Below, piece by piece: positions 37,226-50,949 of a DNA stretch of 64,000 nt. The number at the start of each line of letters is the position of its first letter. Within the stretch, counting starts at the first letter, position 1. The translations under genes were made by a program, and so were the position numbers. A model generated the notes under the pieces. The model did no database searches, was not told where the DNA came from, and saw only the letters and a program-made list of their open reading frames with translations. The stretch is from Chiloscyllium plagiosum (Eukaryota): the NCBI RefSeq assembly GCF_004010195.1, contig NC_057720.1, positions 8,637,866 to 8,701,865 of the forward strand. The letters run 5' to 3'.

Positions 37226-37589
37226 TTGATTTAAGCATGGACACCCAGTCCAAATCCAACACCGGAAACCAATTTCCAAAGCAATCTCTTCCAGTTGGAG
37301 TTCCCAGCCCTCCAGGGTTGTCCTGGAGTCTTCTTTCCATCTTCTTTGAATTTGCAATTTGTCTCAAAGCTACAATGTGATAATGAACAGATAACCTTAT
37401 TTTGAAGTGTTAACTGAGGGCTAAACATTAGCCAGAAAACTGAAGAGAACTCTGCTGCTGTTCTTTGAAAAAAGACGATAAGACACAGGAACAGAATTAG
37501 GCCATATGGCCCATTGAGTCTTTTTACCTCAGTTTAATATGTCATCTGGAAGTCATCACCTCTTGCAATGCTGCACCTCCTCAGTACTA

Positions 37590-37800
37590 CATAAGAACAT
37601 GAGAACTAGGAGCAGGAATAGGCTGTCTGGTCTTTTGAGCCTGCTCTGCCATTCAATCAGATCATGGCTGATCTTTTTGTGGCTTCAGCTCCAGTTACCC
37701 ACGCTCTCACCGTATCCCTTAATTCCTTTATTGTTCAAAACAAACTATCTTAGCTTTAAAAACATTTACTGAAGTAGCGTCGACTACTTCATTGGGCAGG
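37590..37800 (-). mobile_element. CR1 LINE 3' UTR fragment
   Basis: Same terminus as 36545-36750. Confidence 0.8.
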
Positions 37801-37801
37801 G

Positions 37802-38455
37802 AGTGCAGGTTCATAGTTCCTTGAAAGTGGAGTCGCAGGGAGACAGGATAGTGAAGAAGGTGATTGATATGCTTGCCTTTATTGATCAGTGCATTGAGCT
37901 AAGGAGTTGGGAGGTCATGTTGCAGCTGTACAGGGCATTGATTAGGCCACTTTTGAAATACTGTGTGCAATTCTGGTCTCCTCACTCTAGGAAGGATATT
38001 GTGAAACTTGAAAGGGTGCAGAAAAGATTTACAAGTATGTTGCCAAGGTTGAGCTATAGGGAAGAGGCTGAATAAGTGGGGGCTATTTTCCCCACAGCAT
38101 CAGAGGCTTAGAGAGGTTTATAAAATCATGATGGGCATGGATATGGTGAATAGCCAAGGTCTTTTCCTTTGGGTAAGGGAGTCCAAACTAGAGGGCATAG
38201 ATTTAAAGGGATCGGAGGGGCATCTTTTTTATGCAGAGGGTCGTGCGTGCATGCAACGAGGTGCCAGAAGAAGTGGTGGAAGCTTTACAACATTTAAAAG
38301 GCATCTGCATGGTATATGAAGAGGAAGGTTTTAGAAGGATATGGGCCAAGTGCTGGCAAATGGGGCTAGATTAATTTAAGATATCTGTTCGGCATAGACA
38401 AGTTGGACGGAAAGGTCTGTTTCTGTGCTGTACATCTCTATGACTCTGTGACTCT
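37802..38455 (+). mobile_element. CR1 (HER1-like) LINE 3' fragment
   Basis: EVMLQLYRALIRPLLKYCVQFWSPH; CTATGACT tail. Confidence 0.9.
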
Positions 38456-38471
38456 GACCCTTCCTTGGGAT

Positions 38472-38610
38472 TGCAGTTCTGAAGAAAGATCCCAGGCCCT
38501 GAAATGTTAACTCTGATTTCTCTCCACAGATACTGCTAGACCAGCTAAGATTTTCCAGAACTTTCAGTTTTTATCATTTTCCAGCATCCACAGTTCTTTC
38601 GTTTTGTTTT
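38472..38610 (+). mobile_element. PLE family C terminus with degenerate hammerhead
   Basis: agtt-CTGAAGA(38479-38485)..GAAA-TGTT-aact followed by the CAGATACTGC..CAGCATC module; relatives at 31075-31145(+), 43438-43522(-), 59665-59782(-). Confidence 0.7.
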
Positions 38611-39004
38611 TAATTCCATATTGTACGATGTCATCTTTCAATTTTTGTTGATATTAATTCAAGTAGTAAGTTTATGTCCAAACAGACAGCTTTTCAATTT
38701 CAACTTCACTGGGGATTTCATCAGTCAGCCAGGCACACCAGTTTTTTTTCCCTTCAGTTTGAGAAGGAATGTGTTTTCTGTCTGTGCTTTTTTGAATTTA
38801 GGAGCATTGTTGCTCCCTCTATGGCTCCCTAGTCTGTGATTAAGCTCAGCATCATCGATACATCATAAAAAAGGGAATAGGTGTTTGATTTCAATGCCAA
38901 TACTGTACAATGTTGCCAGTTTTACAGTTCTTCAATTTCAATACAGATCATTCAATATCTGAGGTCTTTTTTGACGCATTAAGCTCTGTTCGTATGAATC
39001 AAGG

Positions 39005-39332
39005 GTCCACGTGGCTCAGTCCCTGCGTGAGAGTGCAAGTGACCTTGGTTCAATTCCAGCCTCGGGCAACTGTCTGTGTGAAGTTTTCTCCCTATGTCTG
39101 TGCGGGTTTGCTCTGGTTTCCTCCTACAGTCCAAACATGTGCAGGTTAGGTGGATTGGCCATGTTAAATTGCCCATCGTATTCAGGGGTGCGTAGATGAT
39201 GTAGTTTGACCATGGAAAATGCAGAGTTACAGGAATAGGGTAGGGAGTGAGTCTGGGTGGGATGCTGCTTGGAGGGTTGTTGTGGACTAGATGGACCACG
39301 TGGCCTGTTTTCAGACTGTAGGGATTCTATGA
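39005..39332 (+). mobile_element. HE1/V-SINE
   Basis: Homology to other copies. Confidence 0.85.
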
Positions 39333-39844
39333 ATTAGGAGCAGGATTGGGCCATTCAGCCTTCTCTTCTGTTCACTTCCTCTAGCCTTCCCTGTCATTTA
39401 ATAAGAGCATGGTCAATCTGATTGTGAACGCAAATCCACATTTCTGTCTCCCCAAACAAATTCTTGACCAATAAGCAGTCAAGTTATCTACCTCTGCCTG
39501 AAAACCATTCAATGATCTTCCCTCCACTGGTCTCCAGGGAAGAGAGTTCCAAACCCAGATGATCCTCTGAGAGAAAATGAGTCATCCTCATCTACAGCTT
39601 CAATGAAAGACTACTTTTCTGAAATTGTATCCCCTGGTTTTTTTCTCTCCCAGAAAGGTAAACATGCTCTCGTCATCCACTCTGTCAATCCTTGCAGGAT
39701 CTGGTATATTCTCACTCTTTTAAATCCCAAAGAATACAGACCCAGCCCATCCAGTGTTTCCTCTCTCGATGAGGGATCAATCTCAAAAATCAGTCAATTT
39801 ATTCTTCTCTGAATGGCTTCCAAATGCAATTAAATTGCATTGTT

Positions 39845-40143
39845 GGCACAGCACAATGGCTCAGTGGTTAGCACTGCTGCCTCACAGTGCTAAGGACCTG
39901 AGTTCAATTCCAGCCTTGAGCAACTATCTGTGTGGAGTTTGCGGATTCTCCCTGTGTCTGTGTGGGTTTCCTCCGGGTGCTTCAGTTTTCTCCCACAGTA
40001 CAAAGACGTGCAAGTTAGGTGAATATGCCATGCTAAATTGCCCATAGTGTTGGGTGTATTAATCAGAGGGAAATGGGACTGAGTTGGTTACTCTTCGGAG
40101 GGTTGGTGTGGACTTGTTGGGCTGAAGGGCCTGTTTCCACACT
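39845..40143 (+). mobile_element. HE1/V-SINE inserted in an old minus-strand CR1 fragment (~39335-40265)
   Basis: A and B boxes, V-domain, tail. Confidence 0.85.
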
Positions 40144-40267
40144 AAATCCCTTCCAAAATAAGGTGGCCAACATTGTACTCAGGACTCCAGGGGTGTGATC
40201 TTATTGACTTTCTATAAAACTGTACAAAACTTGTCTACTTTTATATTCCATTCCCCTTGTAATAAGC

Positions 40268-40815
40268 GTACTGCATCCATTTCTGGTCACCCTGTCATAG
40301 GAAGGGTATTATTAAGCTTGAAAGGATGCAGAAAAGATCTATCAGGATCTTGCCGTGAATGGACGGTTTGAGTTATAAGGAGGAGAGGCTTGATTGGCTG
40401 GGATTTTTTTCAGTGGAGCATAAAAGGATAAGGCATAACCTCATACAAGCTTATAAAATCATGACGGGCATGAATAGAGTGAGTAGCAAAGGTCTTTACC
40501 CTGGGATGGGGCGAGTCCAAAACTAGAGGGCACAAGTTAATGCTGAGAGGGGAAAGATTTAAAAGGAACTTAAGGGGCAACTTTTCCACACAGAGAATGG
40601 TGTGTGTATGGAATTAGCTGCCAGAGGAGGTGGTAGAGGCTGGTACAATTACAACATTTAAAAGTCATCTGAATGGGTACATGAATAGGCAGGGTTTAGA
40701 GGGATATGGACCTCTAATGTTGGCAAATGACACAAGATTAATTTAGGATATCTGACCAGCATGGTCAAGTTGGCCCAAAGGGTCTTTTTCTGGGCTGTAC
40801 AACTCTATGACTATG
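40268..40815 (+). mobile_element. CR1 (HER1-like) LINE 3' fragment
   Basis: YCIHFWSPCHRK..KTRGHKL..GNFSTQRMV; CTATGACT tail. Confidence 0.85.
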
Positions 40816-41489
40816 TTTCAAGAAATCCTGGCATTGGAACATGGTGCATAAAACTGGCTATTTGCTTTTCCAATGTTTGAACAGGGGCTGAGGGGGGTGG
40901 AGGGGGAGGCGGCAAGAGGTTTTAGTGGGGTGTGAGGTCAAGGGTGGTGGCAGATTAAATTGAGAGTTGGACCACTGATTAGAAACTGAACTGGAAATAG
41001 GTTTGTCGATGCTGCAGCTACAAGAGCAGATCAGAGGCTAGGTATCCTCGGCAGGGAGTAACCTGCCCACCATCTGTGAGGCACAAGTCAGGAGTATGAT
41101 GGAATACTCCTCACTTACTTGGTGAGGGCAGCTCCAGCTCGCCCAGATCATGTGAAGTCATTATCCACCATGGTGCTGCATTGTGAACCGACTGAAACCA
41201 GCTCAGGCTGCTGTACAATTCACTGAATCATACACACTGAACAGTGAGGAAGAAAGCTCTGGCAATGATAATTGTGCGATAATTCTGAGTGACAGCAATG
41301 AACAGCAAGACACCATATTAACAGCCAACAGCAATCAAGAATAATACAGACCTCTCCAGATAACTATACAATCACCAAATCAGGATGAATTGTCAAACAT
41401 TCAGAATACTACATTAAAATCAGAATTATTAATCTGGTTAGCTCTGTTTTCACATGTCTGTATAATTTGAATTTACAGCATATGAAGCT

Positions 41490-42180
41490 GTATTAGAACA
41501 TTATTTCAATGAGCCACTAAATGCTGCAGCACAGAGGAACAACAAAGAGCAGAGAAAAATCACCTATATCGTGTATTCAAAAAGAATGGGTACCCAATGA
41601 ACACAGTCCGCCAATTTCTCAGCAACTAAGCCATACAAGCAGACGAAACACATCCAGAAACCTTCGCCACTCTCCCCTACATCAAAGACATCTCTGAAAT
41701 GACTGCTAGACTACTCAGACCTCTTAGCATCATGGTAGCCCAAAAACCCACCAACACACAAAAACAGCAGCTAATGAACTTGAAAGACCCTATACAGACA
41801 ACAAGCAAAACCAATGTCATTTACAAAAAACCTTGCAAGAACTGTGATAAACACTCCATTGAACAAACAGGCAAAAAACTAGCCACCAGGATACATGAAC
41901 ATCAACTAGCCACAAAAAGACATGACCCTCTCTCACTAGTATCCTTACATACAGATGAGGAAGGTCACCACTTCAACTGGGACAGCACATCTATCCTAGG
42001 ACAAGCCAAACAGAGATACGCATGAGAATTCCTCGAAGCATGGCAATCCAACTGGAACTCTAATCACAAACACATTGACTTACCACCCCCTCAGAAAAAG
42101 AACATGAAATGACATCACCAGGGGAAATGACGTCACCAAGCCAAGGAAACGCAAACACATAAATAGAAAGCAGGCTATAC
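41490..42180 (+). mobile_element. Penelope/Poseidon-type PLE (family D) 3' ORF fragment with GIY-YIG endonuclease
   Basis: KNGYP..LPYIKDISE, NVIYKKPCKNCDKHSIEQTGKKLATRIHEH, *EFLEAW; contains stops. Confidence 0.9.
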
Positions 42181-42471
42181 TAAATTTGTAACAATTTACT
42201 TCCCTAACTACCTTTATGTCATCAGCATATTTAGCAAACTTACATTTGGTGTAAGTAATTGATAAAGATTATAAATGATTGAAGACACCAATACTAATCC
42301 ACTTTGCACACCATACGTCAAATCCTACTCACATAAAAATAGCCGAATTCTACTTACCCACTAACCAACCAATTCCTTAAACATGCTGGCATGTTACCCT
42401 GTAGTAACCTTTAACGTGGGTTCTTCTCAAATGCCTTTGGGAAATCTAAGAGTAGAACACCTCACTGGTTT

Positions 42472-42788
42472 CATAGAATCCCTCCAGTGTGGGAAGAGAT
42501 CATTTGGCTCATCGACTCTGCACCAACCCTCTGAAGGGCATTACACCCAGATCTGCAAATCCCATGCTGTATCCCTATATTTGCCATGGCAAACCCACCT
42601 GGACACTACAGGACAAATTAATGCTGCCAAACCCCTTAACCTACACATCTTTGGACTGAGGAAGGAAACCAGAGCACCCAGAGGAAACTACGCAGACACT
42701 GGGAGACCATACAGTCACCCAAGGCTGGAATCAAACCCATGTCCCTAACATTGTAAGGCAGCAGTGCTAACCGCTGAGCCACCATGTC
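42472..42788 (-). mobile_element. HE1/V-SINE
   Basis: Homology to other copies. Confidence 0.8.
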
Positions 42789-43629
42789 CTTTCCCTTCAG
42801 CTGCGTTACTTGTCACCTCTTCCAAAAAATCTAATAAATTTGTAATTGTGTTCTTTGTAGAAAAGTAGCTGTACTCCTTAATCTGAGAACTGAAAGTGCT
42901 GCAGCACACAGAAAGCCAATCAGCATCTCATAGTTCTTCCCTGCACAATCAAAGAAACATGCAAACATATAAATAAGGAGCAGAAAAGGCAACCTTGGAC
43001 CTTCAAGCCAGCTCTATCATTAATTAAAATACAAACAGATTGCAAAATGCCATATTCCCATCTCTCTCCACTATCTCTTGATTCCCCAGCCTAACAAGAA
43101 TCTATCTACCTCTCCCTTAAAAACATTCAATGACCTCACCTCCATCGCCTTCTGAGAGTTCCAAAGTCACACAATCATCTCAGAGAGAAAAAGGAATCCA
43201 TGAATCCCTAATTTAAAAGGGTGACCCTTAATTTTAACATCTGTAAAACCTAGTTCTGGGCATACCTACCATAATGACAACTTCTCCATTCCTACCTGGT
43301 CAGGACCATGCTGGATCTCATAACCTTCAATTAAATGACCCCCCCCCCCCCCCCACTCTTCCAAACTGGTGAAGATAAACTCAGCCAATATTTCCTCATG
43401 TGACAACCCACTCATTCCAGAGACCAATCTAGTGAACAAAAACAGAAATTGCTGGAAAAGCTCAGCAGATCTGGCAGCGTCTGCGGAGAGAAATCAGAGT
43501 TAATGTTTCGGATCCAACGTTTGTTGCTTTTGACCAGCACAGATCTAATGGGCTGAGATGCCTTTTTCTGTGCTTTGCACCTCCATGGCTCCTGCAGTTT
43601 AGTGCCTGCTGCCTTGATAAGAGGACACA

Positions 43630-44030
43630 GAATATCAAACAGCACAGCACAGAAACAGGCCCTTCGGCCCACACTGTTGTGCCAAACATAATGCTAAATT
43701 CAACTAATTCCTTCTGCCTGTCCTTGGTCTGTATCCCTCCATTCCTTGCATATTCATGTACTTATCTAAAAGTCTCCTAAATGCACCTATTGTATTTGCC
43801 TCCACAACTACCCTGGCAGCACATTCCAGATTCCTACCACTCTCCCTGTGTAAAAATGTGCCCTTCACATCTCCTTTGAACTTTCCCCCTCTCACCTTAA
43901 ATGTATGCCCCCTAGTAATAGACATTTCAACCCTGGGAAAATGATTCTGACCATTAACCTTATCGATGCATTTCCTAATTTTGTAGACTTCTATCAAGTC
44001 TCCCCTCAGCCTCTGCCACTCCAGAAAAAC
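43630..44030 (-). mobile_element. CR1 LINE 3' end
   Basis: RLRGDLIEVYKI..TRGHTFKVRGGKFK. Confidence 0.9.
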
Positions 44031-44049
44031 AAATGATATATGAGGAAAC

Positions 44050-44957
44050 ATTAGGTCAACAGGGCTTATATTCTCTGGAATTTAGAAGAATGAGTGGTCT
44101 CTCATAGAAACATATAAAATCAGTATGGGTTCTCTGGAGTGTCAGAGGCTGAAGGGTGACCATATAGAGGTTTATAACATCATGAGGGGCATGGATAGGG
44201 TGAATAGGCAAGGTTCTGGATTAGTGGTGCTGGAAGAGCACAGCAGTTCAGGCAGCATCCAAGGAGCTTCGAAATCTTTTCCCTGGGTTGGGGGAATCCA
44301 GAACTAGATGACATAGGTTAAGGGTGAGAGGGGAAAAATTTAAAAGGGATCTCAGGGGCAACATTTTCACACAGAGGGTGGTATGTGTATAGAATGGGTT
44401 GCCAGAGGAAGTGGTGGAGGCTGGTACAATTACAACATTTAAAAGGCAGCTGGATGGGTAGGTAAATAGGAAGGGTTTAGAGGGATATGGGCCAAGTGCT
44501 GGCAAATGGGACTAGATTAATTTAGGATATCTGATCAGCATGGATGAGTTGGACCGAAGCGTCTGTTTCCATGCTGTACATCTCTATGACTGTATGACTT
44601 TATGTTTGGACAGGCTAGCTATGGGAAGAACGTTCCCTATGTTGGGGGAGTCCAAAACTAAGTGTCACAGTCGAAGAATAAGGGGTGAGCCATTCAGGAC
44701 TGAGATGAAGAAGAATTTCTTCACTCAGAGAGTTGTGAACCTGTGGAACTCTGTACCACAGGAAGCTGTTGGGGCTAGTTTTTCAGATATATTCAAGAGG
44801 GAACTGGACATGGTTCTTGTGTCTCAAGGAATCAATGGGTATGGAGAGAAAGCAGGAATGGGATAGTGAGATTGCATGATCAGCCATGATTATATTGAAT
44901 GGTTGCACAGTCTGGAAAGGCCTGAGGGCCTTCCTGCACCTGTTTTCTATGTTTCTA
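44050..44957 (+). mobile_element. Two nested CR1 3' ends (inner copy ~44125-44600)
   Basis: Outer EFRRMSGL.../GRTFPMLGESKT..NFFTQRVVNLWNS interrupted by inner RLKGDHIEVYNIMRG. Confidence 0.8.
44215..44276 (-). mobile_element. ~61-bp PLE tail-only insertion
   Basis: Colinear with 18050-18110; interrupts the CR1 sequence CAAGGT|CTTTTCCCTGGG. Confidence 0.8.
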
Positions 44958-45214
44958 ATCCAGGTTTTTCTAATCTCTCATTCTATCTCATAATATTTCA
45001 GTGAACCAGTTATATATGTGGCTAGGATTCCCAAACCACTTCCCAGAGTTTTCCTGGGATATCTAGGAATGAAGCAATGAATCCCCAAACATTCCATGTG
45101 CAAACTCAAAAGAAAAATTATCAAAGCAGCGAAGCAGGCTTCAAACATTTCCACATCATTGGCACATTTTGATGGATAGGGCACAGAATGTTCTTTGACC
45201 TGGCAGAGGCAGTT

Positions 45215-45712
45215 GGACAAAGTGAGGACTGGAGATGCTGGAGCTCAGAGTCAAAAAGTGTGGCACTGGGGGATGAGAGCGGGGGTGGGGGGGAAATAGC
45301 TGGGAAGGTGATAGGTAAATGCAAGTAGGGGATGATGGTGATACATTGGAGGGGAGGGTGGAGAGGATAGGTGGGAAGGAAGATGGACAAGTAGGACCGT
45401 TTAGAGGCGGTGACGAGTTGGAGGCTTGGTGTGGGAAAGGGAGATGAGGAAACTAGTGACATCAGCATTGAAGCTGTGTGGTTGAAGGATCCCAAGTTGG
45501 AAGATGAGGTGTTCTTCCTTCAGGTGTTGGGTGGCTAAGATTTGGCGGTGGAGGATGCCCAAGACTTGCATGTCCTTGGCAGAGTGGGAGGGGGAGTTGA
45601 AGTGTTTGGCCACAGGGTGGTGGGGCTGTTGGGTGCCTGTGTCCTAGAGATGTTCCCTGAAACGTTCTGTGAGTTGGCATCCTGTCTCCCCAATGTAGAC
45701 ATGAGGACATGT
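45215..45712 (-). mobile_element. PLE (Neptune-like) GIY-YIG 3' fragment, HHR region deleted
   Basis: VYIGETGCQLTERFREHL; AKHFNSPSHSAKDMQVLG; LIFQLGILQPHSFN. Confidence 0.85.
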
Positions 45713-46324
45713 AGTGAAACCTTCAGGAAAATGTTTTGTCCATAGTTGGCAACGACACTTAAAGCCTGTGTGCAGGCAAAATGCAGAACTCGAGGGAGAC
45801 ACAAGGGCGGAGGTGCATTTCTGTGCAAGATCAATGCTGCAGAAAATCCCTGGAAGCAAGATAGGTTCTTGGACTGAAAACCAGTGTCAGAAACCAAATC
45901 ATTGTTTAATCTCAGGAGGGTCATAAATTTTGCATCTTGACTGTCCATTTAGAACTGTGTGTCCTTCATGCTTTGTGCTTCAGCTTTGGTGTTTTCAGTT
46001 GGATATAAGCCAGACATGATGCTGAAGTCAGAAGATGCCTTCACCTGTCAATACTCTTCATCTCTTCAAAGAGCTTCAGGTGTCCTGATGTTCGGACTCG
46101 TCTTAACCATTATTCCCTTTTCATTTTACAGGTTAGACAAGAGAGTTGAACACAATAGTAATATGTGAGAGCATGTTCTTTGGACCTTATTTTCAGAGTG
46201 TAATTCTGCAGTTATAATAAATGTGTAAACTGTCGAATTGCAGGTGTGGCAATTCTCCCAGTTTCAATCATCACACAAACTGCTCTAAGTAAACAGTGAT
46301 AATCACTCCCATCCATCCATTACA

Positions 46325-46692
46325 AGATAATACATGGCTTGGAGAGGGTGGATGCTAGGAAATTGTTTCCGTTAGGCGAGGAGACTAGGACCCGTGGACA
46401 CAGCCTTAGAATTAGAGGGGGTAAATTCAGAACAGAAATGCGGAGACATTTCTTCAGCCAGAGAGTGGTGGGCCTGTGGAATTCATTGCCACAGAGTGCA
46501 GTGGAGGCTGGGACGCTAAATGTCTTCAAGGCAGAAATTGATAAATTTGTGATGTCACAAGGAATTAAGGGCTACAGGGAGAATGCTGGTAAGTGGAGTT
46601 GAAATGCCCATCAGCCATGATTGAATGGCGGAGTGGACCCGATGGGCCGAATGGCCTTACTTCTGCTCCTATGTCTTATGGTCTTATGGTCT
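46325..46692 (+). mobile_element. Young CR1 3' end
   Basis: TRTRGHSLRIRGGKFRTEMRRHFFSQRVVGLWNSLP; (TCTTATGG)n tail. Confidence 0.9.
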
Positions 46693-48169
46693 AAGCTGCA
46701 AGGTCCCTAAGCAGAAGGAGGGATGTTTTTCTTCCAGCTTGCACGGAGGCTCACTGGAACACTGCTTCAGAAATGTTGATGTGTTGAAGTGGCAGGCAAC
46801 TGGAAGCTCAGGGTCAGAACAGTCTGTCCACGAAAATGACCCCGAGCAAGCTACTCAATTCAGGAATAATGAATGAGGGCTGGGAATGTTGGCATTACTG
46901 CCTTGCCTACCTCCCATGAAAGGGCAAATTGAAAGGTCAATCATATTTTTGGCGTTTATCTCCCGAAGCCCTTGAAGACGAAATGCAACCAGCACAAAGA
47001 CACTAACGTTTCAGATAATTGGTCCTTCTGGAGTTGATGTGATTATAGGTATGGGAACAGCCATAGTTCTTACTGAGACCAAGTTATCTTTAAGAACTGA
47101 TCTTTGACATTCTTTTGACATGCTTTCCTTACGATCTTTGGAAGTGTGTTGGACTCTTAATTGCTTGATAAGATTGGTCCAGATTGACAGCTTTACAATT
47201 GCAGCCAGACTTCTCTATGCCTGAGGTATCATTCCTTGCATTAAGGACCTTTATTCAGACTCATTTGGAATTGTGAATTCTTGGCTTCCTAATTAGGCCT
47301 ATTCCGATGTCTGATATTCATTATAAGAAGCTGGAGGCTACATGTACAGGCTTAGGTTCTTGTGGTGCAGTGTTTCAGTCCCTAGCTTTAAGCTAAATTC
47401 AGTTTCCACCTGTCCTTGAGGTATATCTGAATAGGTTGATTGAAAATAATTACATTGCCAGCATACCTTTTTCAGTCAATGGGTTTTTAGCAGTACTTAA
47501 ATCACAACAGCCCATCAGCTAAGAGAAGCTTCAGCAAAGTCTTGGTATCTTCATTTGTTCTGGAGGTGTTGAGAAAACTTATTTATTTATTGGTAGTTAG
47601 GCATTAACCACATTGTTATGGGTTTGGAGTCACATATTGTCCACACCAGGTAATTCCTTCCCTGAAGGGCATTAATGAATTGCATGGGCTTTCACAACAA
47701 TTGTTACTATTCAATTAGCTTTCAAATTTTATTGAATTCAAATTTCACCACTCCTCATGGCAGGATTTGAACCCGTGTCCTTCTAGCATTATTTTCTGGA
47801 TTGCCTGGTGTATTGACAACACCACCACACCATCCCATCTGTATTGCACACTTGCACCCCTGAGGGAATCCAATCTGCGATTGCAGATGGTACTTCACAG
47901 ACATAGTACACAATAGAGCTTTTTGTGGGGTGGGGGGCGGTTTCTGGTGCTGTGGCTAATGTCCCTCCAACTGGGCTAGCAGGCTGTGTTCAGATCCCAT
48001 CTGCCCCAGAGGTCTGTCCCAACATGTCGGAACAAATGCATTAAAAATATCGACAATCAGCACTTCACTTCATACTTTAATAGTTTGGCTAAACCTGATT
48101 TCTCACAGTACACAAGCAACCTTTCAGGGGATGGGTATTAAGCACAGCACCTTTTGCATCAGGATTTAG

Positions 48170-48497
48170 ATTATAGAATCATAGAATCTTCCAGTGTGAA
48201 AAGAGGCCTTTCAGTCCATTGATTCCGCACCAACCCTCTGAAGAGCATCCTACCCAGAACAAACTCCAGGTAATTTCTGTAACCCAGCATTCATCATGGC
48301 TAATCCACCTAGCCTTCACACCCCTGCACATAATGAAGCAGTTTAGCATGGCCAAACCCCCTAACCTGCACATCTTTGACTGCAGTAGGAAACCAGAGCA
48401 CCAAGCAGAAAACCACACAGACACAGGGAGAACATACAAACTCCATACAGTCAGTCATCCAATGCTGGAATTGAACTCAGGTCCCTGCCACTGTGAG
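48170..48497 (-). mobile_element. HE1/V-SINE
   Basis: Homology to other copies. Confidence 0.8.
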
Positions 48498-48594
48498 ACA
48501 TTATGCCAACCAAATGTCATAGCTGCAAACAGCTTTAGCTGAAGCGTTTTTCTTCCCCATACACCATCTACCCAATATGTAGGTGGACATGTTA

Positions 48595-49200
48595 TAGAAC
48601 ATAGAACATTATAGCGCTATATAGATCCTCCAACCCTCAATGTTGCGCCCACCTGTGAAACCAATCTAAACTTCATCTAACCTATTCCATTACCATCCAT
48701 ATGTTTATCCAATGACCATTTAAATGCCTGTAAGATTGGCGAGTCCACTACTATTGCAGGCAGGGCATTCCGCGCCCTTACTACTCTCTGAGTAAAGAAA
48801 CTACCTGACATCTGTCCTTTATTTACCACCCCTCATTTTAAAGCAATGTCCCCTTGTGCTAGCCATTACCATCTGAGAAAAAAGACTCTCACTGTCCACC
48901 CTCTCTAATCCTCTGATCATCTTGTATGCCTCTATTACTTCCTAACCTTCCTCTCTCTAACATAAACAGCCTCACGTCCCTCGGTTTTTCCTCATAAGAC
49001 TTTCCCTTCACACCAGGCTACATGCTAGTAAATCTTCTCTGCACTTTTTCCAATGTTTCCACATCCTTCCTATAATGCAGCAGCTGAAACTGTATGCTCT
49101 ACTCCTAGTGTGGCTGCACCAGAGTTTGGTACAGCTGCAACATGACCTCAGGGCTCCGAAATTCAATCCCTCTACCAATAAAAGCAAATACACCGTACAC
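48595..49200 (-). mobile_element. CR1 3' fragment
   Basis: Minus-strand EVMLQLYQTLVQPH-type coding; (TTCTATG) tail. Confidence 0.85.
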
Positions 49201-49296
49201 TGATTACCTGGACTAATTGTTTCTTTATCTTGCCTCAAACACATTATACTGAAAACTGAATAGTGGACACTGGTATAGCGGTGTTCAGTGAACAAA

Positions 49297-49914
49297 GTCC
49301 TACAGTGTGGAAGCAGGCCACATGGCCCATTGATTCCACACCAACCCTCCAAAGAGCATCTCACCCAGAACCACTCTCATACCAGAACCCTGTAACCCTG
49401 CATTTTCCCATGGCTACTCCACCTAACTTATGCTATCTCTAGATAGAGATGGGTAATCGAGCATGGCTTATTACCCCAACCTGCATATCTTTGGGATTGT
49501 GGGAGAAAACTAGAGCACCCAGAGAACTCCATGAGGCACAGGGAGAATGTGCAAACTCCACATAGTCACTCAAGACTGGAATTGAACCCGGGTCCCTGGT
49601 GATTAGATTAGATTACTTACAGTGTGGAAACACTTCGGCCCAACAAGTCCACACCGACCCACCAAAGCGCACCCATCCGACCCATTCCCCTACATTTACC
49701 CCTGTACCTAACACTACAGGCAATTTAGCGTGGCCAATTCATCTAACCTGCACAGTTTTGGACTGTGGGAGGAAACCGGAGCACCCGGAGGATACCCGCA
49801 CAGACACGGGGAGAATGTGCAAACTCCACACAGTCAGTCGCCTGAGGCGGGAATTGAACCCGGGTCTCTGGCGCTGTGAGGCAGCAATGCTAACCACTGT
49901 GCCACCATACCACC
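49297..49914 (-). mobile_element. Two adjacent HE1/V-SINEs (older 49297-49598, younger 49601-49914)
   Basis: Two V-domains; (ATTAG)n tail at 49601. Confidence 0.85.
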
Positions 49915-50861
49915 CCACAAGAAGAATGAAACAATTTCCTCTCCAATTAGCTGAGGCTTCTGCTCAATGGCTTTGTTGGCAGGACTTGCAACCCACTATT
50001 GTATTGACTGTTTCATCAATATTGAGCTACTTCTCCAGAAAATGTTCCATCTTCATTTAGATTTAACTTTAATTTTGAGCACTACTTTTCTGAGTAGCCT
50101 GTTGTACTCTCTCAGATGGAAGTTCCAGAAACAACCCTGTCATTGGTCAACGACTCCTTTAATTAACCAGACTGTCTCCATGTACATGCCACATGAATTT
50201 TCAATCTGGTCAATCATCTATCAGCTTATCATCTTCTCTCAATTGAGAAAATCTCTTTTGTGGAAAAAGAACGATATGTATATATGTAGTCATGCTTACA
50301 CCTTCAGGAAGTCCTCACACAACCTGTGTAGCATTTTCAATGTGTGGTTACTGCTCTGAAGAAGGGACAAGCAACAGCAAATTTGTTAAAGTGAAATACA
50401 TAAAGGAAAGATGAGATAAATGAGCATGTAATGTGCATCAGTGATATTGCTTGAGGAATACTTTATGGCTACAGTTCTTGTCTTTTTCGAAATCATGTCA
50501 CGCTCTCTTTTATATTCACCTATAGGATTAATCAGACCCTCAGTTTAATGGCTCATCCAAAAGACATTGGATTCTGAAAGGACAGCGGTACTACATTAGG
50601 GCATCAGCTGGGATTAATTCCACAAGTGGAACTGGCAACACCTATTAGAAAATGTGTTTCAATTGTGAAGGTACTTTATTAACCTTCCTATAACAGTTGC
50701 CAATACCCGAGGATGCAATGGCTGCTGAATGGTTTCCTGTTCTGAGTTGTATCAACAGGATAGTTTGCCTAAAGATCCAAATGAGCATCATCGTCCAGTG
50801 ATGCATGTGAATGAGCTACCAGAGCATAGCAGGAGCATAGGGTAAGGCATGTCAAAATCAA

Positions 50862-50949
50862 AGCTGAAAATGTGTTGCTGGAAAAGCGCAGCAGGTCAGG
50901 CAGCATCCAAGGAACAGGAGAATCGACGTTTCGGGCATAAGCCCTTCTT
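50862..50949 (-). mobile_element. 88-bp PLE mini-insertion truncated inside the hammerhead core
   Basis: Perfect 14-bp TSD CATGTCAAAATCAA at 50848-50861 and 50950-50963; near-identical to 22023-22116. Confidence 0.9.

Noticed and set aside
37590..38455. Twin-primed inverted CR1
   Set aside because: The two pieces have different 3' tails and look like separate families; no shared TSD seen
47000..47040. Possible further minus-strand hammerhead (..GAAGGACC..GAAACGTTAG)
   Set aside because: CTGANGA box and stem II are too decayed to call
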